From Eledone cirrhosa (lineage: Eukaryota), in the NCBI GenBank assembly GCA_964016885.1, contig OZ024740.1:255378001-255442000 (forward strand): DNA of 64,000 nt, in the 5' to 3' direction. Positions within the stretch are counted from its first letter, which is position 1. Each line of letters starts with the position of its first letter. Shown in pieces: positions 10,679-22,700 of the stretch. The notes beneath the pieces are model-generated. The model did not search any database. It was not told the origin of the DNA and was given only the letters and a program-made list of their open reading frames with translations. Both the position numbers and the translations under genes were made by a program.

Positions 10679-13600
10679 CGGTAGATGTATGTGTATGCAT
10701 TTCCACATTTCTCTACCGATTTTGATGATGTTTTTTCCAATGTGCTCCAAATTTACCAGGGCAGGCGGAGAAGGCCCGAAAACGGTGGCTTCACCACAAC
10801 AGTAAAGGGAGGTCAAGTCGACAATAAATGGGTGGTCTCTTACTGCCCGCTTCTCTGAAGATGTTCAACGCCCACATCAACGTTGAGTTTTGTAACTCCG
10901 TTAAGTCTATAAAATACATATGCAAATATGTAAATAAGGGCTCTGATGAGGTCACAGAATACCTGGCGGGGCGGTACATCAGTAGCAATGAAGCTTTTTG
11001 GCGCCTATTTGGTTTCCCCCTACACCAACGGCACCCCGCCATCGTACAGCATGCGGTACATTTGGAAAATGGGCAAAGGGTTTACTTTACGAACCACACC
11101 GCCGCCAAGCTGGCCGCCGATCCGAAAGAGACCACTCTGACAGGTTTCTTCAAACTTTGCCAGTTCGATACATTTGCGCAAACGATTGTGTACCCCCAGG
11201 TTCCATCATACTTTATATGGTCGAAAAACAGTTGGGTGCGAAGAAAGTCAGGTCAGGCTGTTGAAAGACATCCTGGTGTAAAATTTGACAGCTGTCTCGG
11301 AAGGGTTTATACTGTGCCCCCAAGTCAGCATGAGTGCTTTCATCTCCGCCTTCTTCTGCATGAAGTTGTAGGCCCACAAAGTTTTCAGGACCTCAAAACT
11401 GTTGATGGAGAAATATGTGATACATACCGGGAAGCCTGCTTTAAGCGTGGTCTTTTGGAAGATGATTCGCAATGGGATTCCACTTTAGCAGAGGGTGCTT
11501 TGTTGAAATCACCTAAAAGTCTACGGGAACTCTTTGCCATTTTGCTTCAAACGTGTGAATTGGGTGATCTCAAATTTTGATGGGTCAAGTACAGAGACTT
11601 CATGTCTGAGGATTTCCTGCGCCTGGCTCATCTGCAGTATCCTTCAGTGGAAGTTGCTTACAGCGGCATTATCTACAACAGGGCACTCATTGATATCGAG
11701 GACGCCCTCCTCGACACGGGTGGGAGTGAGTTGGCGACGTGTGGCTTGCCGTCAACCGTTACAGATGAAGCTAACACGTTGGCCTCGGATTTGTTGCGGG
11801 AAACAGCATATGACATCGAATCTCTTTCCCAATACTTAAAGGAAAATGAGCTCAAACGTCTGTCGGACCAAAGGTTGGCCTATTTAACTATCATTGATGC
11901 GGTTCAAAATCAGACTGGGGGTATTTACTTTCTCGATGCTCCTGCGGTACATTTGGAAAATGGGCAAGGGTTTACTTTACGGACCACACCGCCACCAAGC
12001 TGGCCGCCGATCCGAAAGAGACCACTCTGACAGGTTTCTTCAAACTCTGCCAGTTCGATACATTTGCGCAAACAATTGTGTACTCCCAGGTTCCATCCTA
12101 CTTTATATGGTCGAAAAACAGTTGGGTGCGAAGAAAGTCACGTCAGGCTGCTGAAAGACATCCTCGTGTAAAATTTGACAGCTGTCTTGGAAGGGTTTAC
12201 ACTGTGCCCCCAAGTCAGCATGAGTGCTTTCATCTCCGCCTTCTTCTGCATGAAGTTGTAGGCCCACAAAGTTTTCAGGACATCAAAACTGTTGATGGAG
12301 AAATATGTGATACGTACCGGGAAGCCTGCTTTAAGCGTGGTCTTTTGGAAGATGATTCGCAATGGGATTCCACTTTAGTAGAGGGTGCTTTGTCGAAATC
12401 ACATAAAAGTCTACGGGAACTCTTTGCTATTTTGCTTCAAAAGTGTGAATTGGGTGATCCCAAATCTTTATGGGTCAAGTACAGAGACTTCATGTCTGAG
12501 GACTTCCTGCGCCTGGCTCATCTGCAGTATACTTCAGTGGAAGTTGGTTACAGCGACATTATCTACAACAGGGCACTCATTGATATCGAGGACGCCCTCC
12601 TCGACATGGGTGGGAGTGAGTTGGCGACGTACGGCTTGCCGTCAACCGTCAGAGAGGAAGCTAACACGTTGGCCAGGATTTGTTGCGGGAAACAGCATAT
12701 GACATCGAATCTCTTTCCCAATACTTAGAGGAAAATGAGCCCAAACTTCTGTCGGACCAAAGGTTGGCCTATTTAACTATCATTGACGCGGTTCAAAATC
12801 AGACTGGGGGTATTTACTTTCTCGATGCTCCTGGGGTACCGGAAAAAACTTTTGTAACGAAATTGATTCTCGCTAAGATTCTTCAGGAGAAAAAAATTGC
12901 GTTGGCCGTTGCATCGTCCGGGATCGCTGCTACTTTGCTGCCGGGAGGCAGGACAGCACATTCAACCTTTAAACTCCCCTTGGATTTAGTAAAAACTGAG
13001 ACACCAACATACAATATCAACAAGAGTTCACGCGAAGCTCTGGTTCTCAAAAAATGTTGCCTCATTGTTTGGGATGAGTGCACAATGTCACACAAGGGTA
13101 CCCTTGAGGCATTGGACAAGACCCTGAAAGAGATTAGGGATTCTACGGCTCCTATGGGTGGCGTAACCGTTCTTCTATCAGGGGATTTTCGGCAAACGCT
13201 GCCTGTCATCCCCAAATGGACAAGAGCTGATGAAGTGCGTGCATGTCTTAAGTCGTCCATGTTGTGGTTCTAGGCTAAGAGTTTGTACCTGAGCACAAAT
13301 ATGCGTGCTCATTTGCATGGTGACAACATGTCTGCAGCATTTGCTCAGAATATTTTAGCACTTGGTGAGGGCAAGGTCCCTGCGGATGACAAGGGTGGAA
13401 TAGCAATCGACTCCCTATGCAACATTGTGAGCAGCCCTTCTGACCTTTGGGAAGCAGTTTTTCCTAATGTCTCATCTAACTTTAAAAACCTTGATTAGCT
13501 CAGCGAAAGAGCCATCTTTGCTCCGAAAAATACCATGGTTAATTTTATTAACGAGCAGCTGAATTGAGAAAATTCCCGGTAAAGAACACATCTTCAAATC

Positions 13601-14424
13601 TATCGACCGGATGTCAGACCCCGACAATATCGTTAATTATCCGGTTGAGTTATTAAATCCCCTTGAGCCCCCAGGGCTCCCACCTCACATTCTTAAGCTT
13701 TGGGTTGGCGGTCTCATTATGCTAACAAGAAACTTGCGTCCACCAAAGCAGTGCAACGGTACTCGCATGGTCGTCAAGTCACTGACGCCCCACTTGATTG
13801 AGGCCACCATTGTAACGGGGTGAGGGAGAGGGGAGAATGTTTTCATTCCAAGGATGAACCTTTTCCCCTCGGCGTCAGATATCCCGGTCGATTTCCGGCG
13901 ATCCCAATTTCCGGTGAGACCATGTTTTGCCATGTCCATTAACAAGTCACAAGGGCAAACATTGTCGGTGGGGGGCATCCATTTGGGGGAGCCATGCTTC
14001 TCCCATGGTCAACTTTATGTTGCCTGTTCCCGCGTAGGGAGCAGGAATGGACTTTTTGTTTACACTCCTCAAGGGATGACACGCAATATCGTCTACAAAG
14101 AGGTGCTATAGATGTTGGTGCAGGTGTTGGAGGTGTTGGAGCTATGCTGTCTGGAAAACTATTTCCTGGGTCACCCATAGCGGACAGATCTGACACCCAG
14201 CGGCATCAGCGTCGCCATCTTGCAACTTCGGTCTACTAAATTCGCTATTGGAAGATTATTAACCCATCATTGATTGTCCAAAATGCTAATTGGTTGGTAA
14301 CTATTAATAACCGGTTCAACTGCTTTATGCACTTAATTGATAAGCTTATGCGCTTTCAAGCTACGTTTACCTGTTTGTAACTTTTCAAATGAACAAACCC
14401 GAGCAACGTCGGGCTAAACTGGTA

Positions 14425-14425
<1 letters not shown>
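10678..14425 (+). mobile_element. Helitron, 5'-truncated, RepHel pseudogene (Rep C-terminus + PIF1-family helicase)
   Basis: FNAHINVE..SIKYICKYVNKG (Rep), FLDAPG..KTF, AVASSGIAATLLPGGRTAHS, IVWDECTM, GDFRQTLPV, QFPVRPCFAMSINKSQGQTL, HGQLYVACSRV; many stops and frameshifts. 3' hairpin CCCGAGCAACGTCGGG (14398-14413) then ..GTAG; flanked by (TA)n. Confidence 0.95.
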
Positions 14426-14479
<54 letters not shown>

Positions 14480-14481
<2 letters not shown>

Positions 14482-14900
14482 AAAGAGTTAAACAAGATTC
14501 AATGAGTACATCAAAGAATGAGTTTTACAGTAGATTGGAAGCACTCTACAGTAAGATATTTTCCAGAGTTTTAATATTAAATTCAAGTATTAATAAAATA
14601 GATGTTCTTGTGATCAATTAAATTTGATTATACATATTTCAGAGGTACTTGAATCAAGTTCAATAGAACGTCATCAGATAAAATAAAATGATACATGACA
14701 TATCCTGACATGTTAGATGGTTAAGATTTAATCAAGGTAGTGATTAACTTATGAGAAAACTCAATAATTTATACCCTGCAAATGAGAACATGCAAACACG
14801 TAATAGAATCAATAGAGAGGGTGTGAGTAAGAAAAACAATGCTTTAATGTAACAGTTATAGAGTTTGAAATACTACTGTAGGACTATAGAGGAAGACTAT
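14480..14900 (-). mobile_element. Solo pLTR-like fragment with degenerate HHR (14623-14683)
   Basis: Minus strand: ttttat-CTGATGA-...acttga t tcaagt..-GAAA-tatgta-TA-atcaaa; shares AAGCACTCTACAGT with the 87-bp repeat and TCATCAGATAAAA with the 6.4/7.0-kb copies. Confidence 0.55.
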
Positions 14901-15264
14901 ATATATCTGGAGTTATAATTTTTTTAGATTTTAGTTTGAGAATGCAACTGATAGATAATTAAAGAGAGAGAGATAAAGGGGAGTAATTTATGCACAAATA
15001 TTCTTCAGACACATATAAACATGTATAGCCGTGGCGGTTAAATTTCTAAATATTTAATTTATGTTATTTTAAGGTAACGAATCAAAATTTTAGGTTTTAA
15101 AAGTTAATGGTTATTTGTGTTATAAATTTTATAAATTTTATAAATGTGTTAAATTTCTAAAATTCAAAATTTTATGAAAACAAATTTAAAGGATTTACTA
15201 GGCCCGCGAAAGAAAAATATATACTGTTCAATATTCGTGTAAAGATTTTTATTATTTATATAAG

Positions 15265-18200
15265 AAAAGACAAAGAAAAAGACATAGAAACATATATATA
15301 TATAAACAATAAAAATGAAAATTGAAACAATGAAAAATTCCCCAAATGGGGGGAAAATCCGTGGCGAAAACCACACAAAAGACCACGGCCACCCTGACCA
15401 CCAGGACAAGCGACCTCTCTCAATTTTTCCATTTCTCAAACTACAGACGTATATTCAGAGCGGACCCGTTCACTCGGACCATTCTCGCTACATTCACCCA
15501 CCTTTCAACAAACTTACTAGAAGGCAGCACTTGCCTCTCCACCCTGATTTTCCTCTTCAAGTGAAACTTGAAAAAGTTAATTAGGGATTCGCCGAAGAGG
15601 AAAGTGTCTGTCTTTAACCCTTTCAACCTTGTCCACCACACAATCTCTTTCGCCATGGCCAGCAGGCAGATGAAAACCGCCTGCCCTTCCTCCTCGAAGG
15701 AAGACGGCGAGACCATCTTCACAATGGACTCAGTCGATAACCGGACCAGTCCTACACGCGACAGCAACTGTTCGACATAGCTCCATGGGCCTGAAGTTAT
15801 CGATAAGATCCCACTTGTTCGAGTCTTTTCTCAGCAGCGCCACCGCTCCCCGGCTCACAAAAACTGGGAATGCTCCCGTTCTGCTGCCAGTTGCAGTAGA
15901 CGTCTGCCAAGAGGTCACCGAACAAGTAATAAATGCATAAAGCTCGTAGGGCAGACCATCCAAACCTGGTGATTTATCCCCCCTCGTGCAGTCAGCCATC
16001 GCTTCCCGTATTTCACCGGCTGTTATTGGCTTTTCGCAACACTGTGCTGCGGTCGTCGAGAGCCGAGCTAGTCCGTCGTGGTATGCACTGAAGTCCATAC
16101 CCCGATCCAGCCCACCGCGGCTCCCGAACAGTTCAGCAAAGTGCTGCTGAAAAGCGCATATCTGCCTGGGTTCGAGCAACACGCACCCGTTTTGGTCAGA
16201 CAAAGAGCAAATTATGGCTATGTTGCCACGTTGCGCGTCTGCCACCCGGGCCCATTGGACAGCTTTTCGAGAGCACGGCGTGTTTCAGAGCACGCGCTCT
16301 AGCTCTGACAACGCAGCCTTCGTGTTTTGCATTGAAGAATTGGTCGAGTGCCAATCTCGCCACAAGCACGTCGGTTGCGATGCCTGTCCTAAACGCCTCT
16401 TCTAGCTTTCTGACTAGCTCTCCCTCTACTCTATTTTCCTCTATCACTAGTCCTTTGCTAAACCTAATCGAATCTACATTAATTGCCCATTTCCGGGCGA
16501 ACCACCACCTGTTGTTGACGACCGTTCCCGTCAACGCCCGCTTAACTAATACGGTAATCCGGTCTCTGTAGGCTTTGCGCGCCGGGAAAGACGCGTTCAG
16601 CTTCCAGTAACCGGGTCCTTGTCTATGAAGTCTGTCTATGTCGATCTCACATGAAATCTGTCTATGTCGATTTTAAATTGTGGACAACTTATACTAGCCT
16701 TATCTAGTTTTCTGTATCGTATCCCTATCGAGATACGATCTGGATGACCCGATGCGGTTTGTCCATGTCCACATTGGCACATTCGGGTGATCCAGTCGAT
16801 ACCTGTCAGACAGTTCAAACCGTCTGAACAGGTTGGTGAGGTTCTTTCACCCTCCTCCCCTATCCACTAGCCCCACACAATCCCAGCGTGCATCCAGTCG
16901 CCCACTAACACTAAAAAGCGGGACTTTCCAAGAACAAGAAAGGTCTCTAGACGTCTGAAGTAATCTGGCCGTCCTGCCCCTGTTGGGGCGTAGACGGCTA
17001 CTAGCCTGAAAGTGTTGCCTTCGCTGCCGGTCACGTCCAGCACCACCGACTTATCTTCTGGGTCTAGGAAGATGGACCGTATGGCGAGATCCAAGCCTCT
17101 CCGAAAAAGGTCGGCAAACCCTCCCTCTGATCCTGGATGGCTGAGAGATGCGTATACATCGTAGCCGCCGAAGATCGGTGCGAAGGCTCGTGCTTCGGAG
17201 ATTCTAGTCTCGCTGATGGCCACCACATCTATGTTTAGTGACCTGAGCTCGTTGAGCAGGTGACCCTGCTTCCAAGATGACCCCAGGCCACGTGCATTTA
17301 TCCTGCCTATTTTGAGTACGGCCATGTGGTGAAGGGTCAGTAGAACCGTCCCTTTGACTGCTCATGGGTGTTTCCAAGAGGATGTCAGTCTATATCCTCT
17401 TGGTAACTGTCCCTCAGAAGTCTCCAACTGTGTTGGGGAATTTTTGTTTTAAAAGTTTTTTCTGTTTTATTTTGATATCAATGATGCTTATGTTTGTTGG
17501 GAGAGTTCTTGGTGTTGGTGGGGTGTAGTAGTTTTTTGTGTGATGTCTGTGTACTTTTTGGGGGGAGATGTGATTTTGTTGCTGTTTACTTCTTGTTGCT
17601 GTTTGGTGTGTGTGCTTTGTTTTGTTTGCGTTGTTGGTGTTTTTTGGTGATGCTGTTGGTGGTGTGGTTGTTGTTGGTGGTGGTGCTTGCGGTGGTGGTG
17701 GTGATGGTGGTGGTGTTGCTGCCTTCACTTTTAGAGGGTGAAGCTAAGGGTTTTATCCTTTTTTGTTTTTTGTGGAAGACCGTTTGCCACTTCACTCCCG
17801 CCTCAGACTCCATGTCGGATTCCGTGGCGTCTGGGAGAGGTATGTGCTCCACTGCTGTTGGTGGTGCTAGTGGAGCAATCTCCAGCAATTTTGTTGCTGG
17901 TGTAGCTACTTCAAATGTAGCTACTGCTGTTGCCGCCACTGATGTTGCTGCTTTAGTTGTCCGTGGCTTTGGTACGCGTGCCACGGACGTTGACCTCGTA
18001 CTCACAGTGGAAGAGTCTTCTGCGTTTGTTTCCTGCCCTGCTCTTGGTAGCAGCGGACCAGGTGTTGGAAGGATAGGGGCCTTCTTCTTCGCTGTCTTCT
18101 GCGGGCAAAAGGCCCTGAGGTGACCCTTTGACCCACAGAGATAACATTTTGGCCGTCTTCCTTCTACGCTTATAGGGAGTTGGAGTCCTTCCTAGATGTC

Positions 18201-19553
18201 TATGATATCGGGGATAGCGTCGATACATTCCTGGTCAGTTTGTATAAGCATTTGCATGCCTATATTTGAGCAGTTCTCTCTCCCTATTTTCTCCACTTGC
18301 AGCATGGTCGTCCTGTCCTCGATTCCAGCAAGGACAGACGCGGCAGCCAAGGTATGGGCACGTCGGGTGGGACCTGGGTCACTCTTACCGTCACAATTTT
18401 TTGCCCGCAGTAGGAGGGCACCAATACTATCTCCTCACTCTTTAGGGTTTCCAAAGAGTGAGACTCCGCTTCTTGGGGGGTGGCGAAAAGTACGTCTACT
18501 GTGGCGTACTTTCTGCCTCGGGTCATGTGGGTTTTGCGTGCCCAGACGCACCCCAAGGCCTTTTGGATTTCAGCCTCCGTGGTTCTCTCCACCCGATGTG
18601 ACATCTTGCTTACGGTGCGGTAAGTCACCGTCCGTAGCTGCTGGTCCTTGAAAAAATCGGTTGGGGGTTTCAGGGAGACTCTATTGGCGCTTCTTGTCAC
18701 CATGGCCCTTGAGACTGTCATCTCCTCCTCTGTGACTAACACTGTTTAGATATTTCGGGCGACACCTGCAAAAGAGGTGGTCCCTTTTTTCAGCGGCACC
18801 ACTATTGCTGCCGCTACTGCTGCTACTGGTCTTGCTGGTGGTGCTGAGATTGCTGTTACAGGTATCGATGTCATTGTTGATGTTTTCGTTGGTACTGTTG
18901 TTGCTGTTATTGTTGTCATTGTTGTTGTTTTCGTTGATACTGTTGCTGTTGTTACTGTTATTGTGGCTGTTGTTATTATTGTTGTTTTTGTTGATACTGT
19001 TCCTACTATTATTGTTGTTGTGGCTGTTGTTATTGTCATTGTTATTGTCGTTCTCGACTTTACCACTGTTATTTTTGTTGCTGCTGTTGTTATTGATGAT
19101 GTTGTTGTTGGTGTTATTGTTGGTGTTGTTGTTGGTGTTATTGTTGGTGTTGTTTGTGTTAGAAATATTTGGTAATTTTAAATCTGTAACAATATCATTA
19201 AAAATGATATTGTTCCTCTTTTTCTTCGTAATATTTTCTTTTATATTTACCTTCGCTGGAACGCTGTCTTGTTGATATGTTGACAAAGTCTCCCTCTCTC
19301 TGTGTGTCTGACAGCGCTCTCTCTCTTTCTTGTATTATCCATGTTGAAAGAAATTTTTTTTCAAATAATATTTTCACACAATGCGACACCCCGTAAAGGG
19401 GTGCCGTATTATTTACGAGTGAACCCCTGCATTTGGTGGGTCACTTCTAAACTTTTATCAAGTTTAAAACTTGAATAAAAGGTTTAGAACGATTGAAAAC
19501 AAGGTAAACTGTTGAAAAAAACTGGAGGCGATAAGAAGCGTGGCTTCACCTTC
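15265..19553 (-). mobile_element. Tx1/L1-clade LINE E1 (5'UTR, ORF1, ORF2 with most RT deleted)
   Basis: ORF1 pieces 19286-17400 (Asn-rich N-terminus, CYLCGSKGHLRAFC knuckle); ORF2 from 17325 (MAVLKIGRINARGL..); KSPGLDGLPYELY..NFRP then deletion junction near 15785; C-terminus ..FVERW..ALNIRL. Confidence 0.92.
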
Positions 19554-19601
<48 letters not shown>

Positions 19602-19725
19602 TGTTTCTACTTTAGGCACAAGGCCAGCAATACCCAGTGCATTACTGGTACTTTATTTTATCGACCCCGTAAGGATAAAAGGCAAAGTCAACCTCGGCGG
19701 GATTTGAGGTTGACTTTGCCTTTCA
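19554..19725 (-). mobile_element. 5'-truncated SINE with fold-back 5' end and (ATT)~16 tail
   Basis: Reverse complement of the SINE 3' half at 19601-19705; 18-bp inverted repeat at 19678-19695 and 19706-19723; (AAT)n at 19554-19601. Confidence 0.9.
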
Positions 19726-22700
19726 TTAATGATTTCATTTATTGGCCACAAGGGCCGACATATAGGGGACAATACAAAAGACTGGGACAGTGGGGTTTTA
19801 CAGAAAAATCGAGTAAACAATATGAATCACAATAACAAAGTAACAATAAAATTACAACAACAAAAACATTCCCCAATAGGGGGGATGACCACCCAGGGTT
19901 CGCTCAGGTACCCCACCAATCCTGAACGACCCGACGCATCGAGAGCATCCTGGAAGGGCACCCCCTCTCCTCCTCAAATTTACCTACCTACAGCTGCATG
20001 ACCAGAGTAGGCCCACTCACACGGGCCATTTTCGCCACATTCACCCACCTTTCAGCAAATGTACTGGAGGGCAGCACTTCTCTCTCCACCCTCACCTTCC
20101 TATCCAAGTGAAACTTGAAAAAGTCGATGAGGGATTGGCCGAAGAGAAAAGTGTCTGTCTTCAGTCCTTTCAACCTCGTCCACCATACAACCTCTTTCGC
20201 TACTGCCACCAGATAGAGGAAAATTGCCTGCCTTTCCTGGCCAAAAGAAGGCGGCGGGTCGATCTTCACTATGGACTCGGCCGATAGCCGGATCCGTTCT
20301 ACACGCGACAACAAGTCAGTAATGCACGGACACTGGACGAGTGCGTGCAGAACGGTTTCGTCGCTCTGCGCGCATCTCGGGCAGGTCCGTCTGACAGCAC
20401 TTCCGTGCCTGTAGAGTTTATCTCGAACCGGAAGTGGCCCCGGTAACACTGCCAAGCGAGGGATTTTTGGAAATTATCCATCGACCCCGGCTCGAAAGTC
20501 CTCCGGTACAGACTGGTTAGTTCGACTTCGTTGACTCCCAGAGCCTCTCCGAGTGCGTCGTCGCACTTGCCCACCACTAGTCCTCTATAGAACTCGAGAG
20601 TGGAAGTTCCACTGACCGCATTGCCCGCCTGGTAGAGGGCAGTGAGTGCCTGGAAACATTCCAGATACCACTCACCCAGTTTCGGTCTCTTCTTGACCCA
20701 GGACTGCAGCTCAGTCAAAGAAACTAGCTGCGGAAAGGCCCGTCTGACAAACGGCGACTACACCCGTTCACCGTTTAGGCAGAATATCTGGAGATGTCGC
20801 AGCCTCAGCGCATGTCTGCGCATCATTAGCCAAGGCATGACCAGCCCTCCACGTAGAGGGTGCTGGCAGCAGATGGACCGCCTCACCAGCGGAACCTGAC
20901 CCCTCCATAAGAATGTGAAGAGGAGCAGCTCCAAGATAGCGAGGCGCGAACGGGAGCAAGGGACGACGGTCAAACGGTAGTAGATGACGGACGCGATGTA
21001 CGCGTTCGCAACCTCCGCCCGACCTTTCAGTGATAGCTTCATCCCAGCCCATTTCTGCGTGAGACTGGCTACCCTGCCCGTCACCTCGTCCCAATTCTTA
21101 TCCACCTGGAGGTCTGGCCCGAACCAAACCCCTAGCAACTTTACAGGTCCATCCGTCCAGCGCCTAACGACGCTGTTGGACGGCATGGACTTGCCTCTCC
21201 AGGTACCGAGTTGCAAGCCCACCGACTTTTCCGGGTTAAGTTTTTCTCCCGTCAACCTTTCATATTCCCCCAATAAGTTGCCGACCACCTCGATTTCTGA
21301 GGTGCCCGGCACCATCACGGCGATGTCGTCCGCATAAGCCGACACAGCCTTTCCGCGTCCCGGTTCGAGCGGGATGCCCTGCAACAGCCCCAGCTTCCGC
21401 AGTAAAGGCTCGAGAGTCAATACGTACAGAAGGGAGGAGAGATGGCACCCTTGACGGACCGATCGGGAGACCTGAAACGGTTCCGAGAGGTGGCCATTAA
21501 TTTTTGACCATCGAGCAGGTGCAGCTGTGCATTGCAGCGATCCAGCTTCTGAAGACGGGGCCGAAGCCAGCCGCCTTGAGGACAGCCTCCAGGTACCGAT
21601 GGTCGACCCTATCGAATGCTTTCGATTGATCTAAATTGATCAGAGCCCCACCGAAGCCAGGTTTACACCCCACCCTCTCTATGATGTATTGCATTAGGTG
21701 GAGGTTGTCGTGTATGGACCTGGTTGGGATTGCGCGAGTTTGCGCCTCCCCAACCAAATCCCCGAAGACAAGCGCCAACCTCTTCGCTAACACCCTGGCT
21801 AAAATCTTAAACTCTGTGTTGAGCAGAGTTATGGGCCTGAAATTGTCTAATGTGTCCCTCTTGTTCTCGTCTTTCCTTATCAGCGTCACTACGCCCCGGT
21901 TCACAGAACTGGGAATACTCCCGTTTTGCTGCCAGTTGCAGTAGAGGGCTTCGAGGAGATTGGGGAACAAGTCTGGCATATTTACGTAAAGCTCGTAGGG
22001 CAGACCATCCAAACCGGGTGACTTGCGCCAATGCAGCCGACAAGGGCATCCTGAATTTAGGCTGAAGTAATTGGCCTTTCGCAGCGCCCAGCGTAAGCCG
22101 TCGAGAGTTGCGGCAAGCCATCGAGGTAGGGACTGAAGACCGCCACCATCTCTGACTCGCCACTTCCCCCGAACAACCGAGCAAAATGTTGGCGAAAGGC
22201 CTCACACATCCTCTTAGAATCGCTCAGCTCGTGTCTGTCTCGGTCCGTAAAAGACCGAATCGTGGTTTTATTACCACGCTGCGCCTCTGCCACGCGGGCC
22301 CATCGAACAGCTTTGGTTCCCTCGTTTCTCAGAGAACGCGCCTTAGCTCTGACAATGCAACCTTCGTGTTTCGCATTGAAGAAATGGTCTAATACCATTC
22401 TCGCCGCTAGCACGTCAGTTGCAATGCCACTACCAATCGTCTAACTTAATTACCAACCCCCCCTTCTTTCTATTTTTCTCTAATGTTACTTCTTTTCTAA
22501 ACTCTATCGACATTACTCTAATCTCTCTTTTGAGAGCCCCCCATCATCTATTGTTGACGACTCCCCCTGTCAACTTTTTCTGAATTAAATTGTTGACCTG
22601 GTCCCTGTAAGCCTTACGTGCCGGAAATGACATGTTTAGCTTCCAGTAACCAGGTCCTAACCTACGCGTCTTATCTAGGTCGACCATACAGATCACAAAC

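Noticed and set aside
9525-10816. HT/CV/YI-repeat ORFs (also at 0.1-1.3, 37, 41-42 and 45-46 kb)
   Set aside because: Dinucleotide microsatellite translations.
10828-14111. Host PIF1 helicase gene
   Set aside because: Fused to Helitron Rep motifs, intronless and broken, with a Helitron 3' hairpin.
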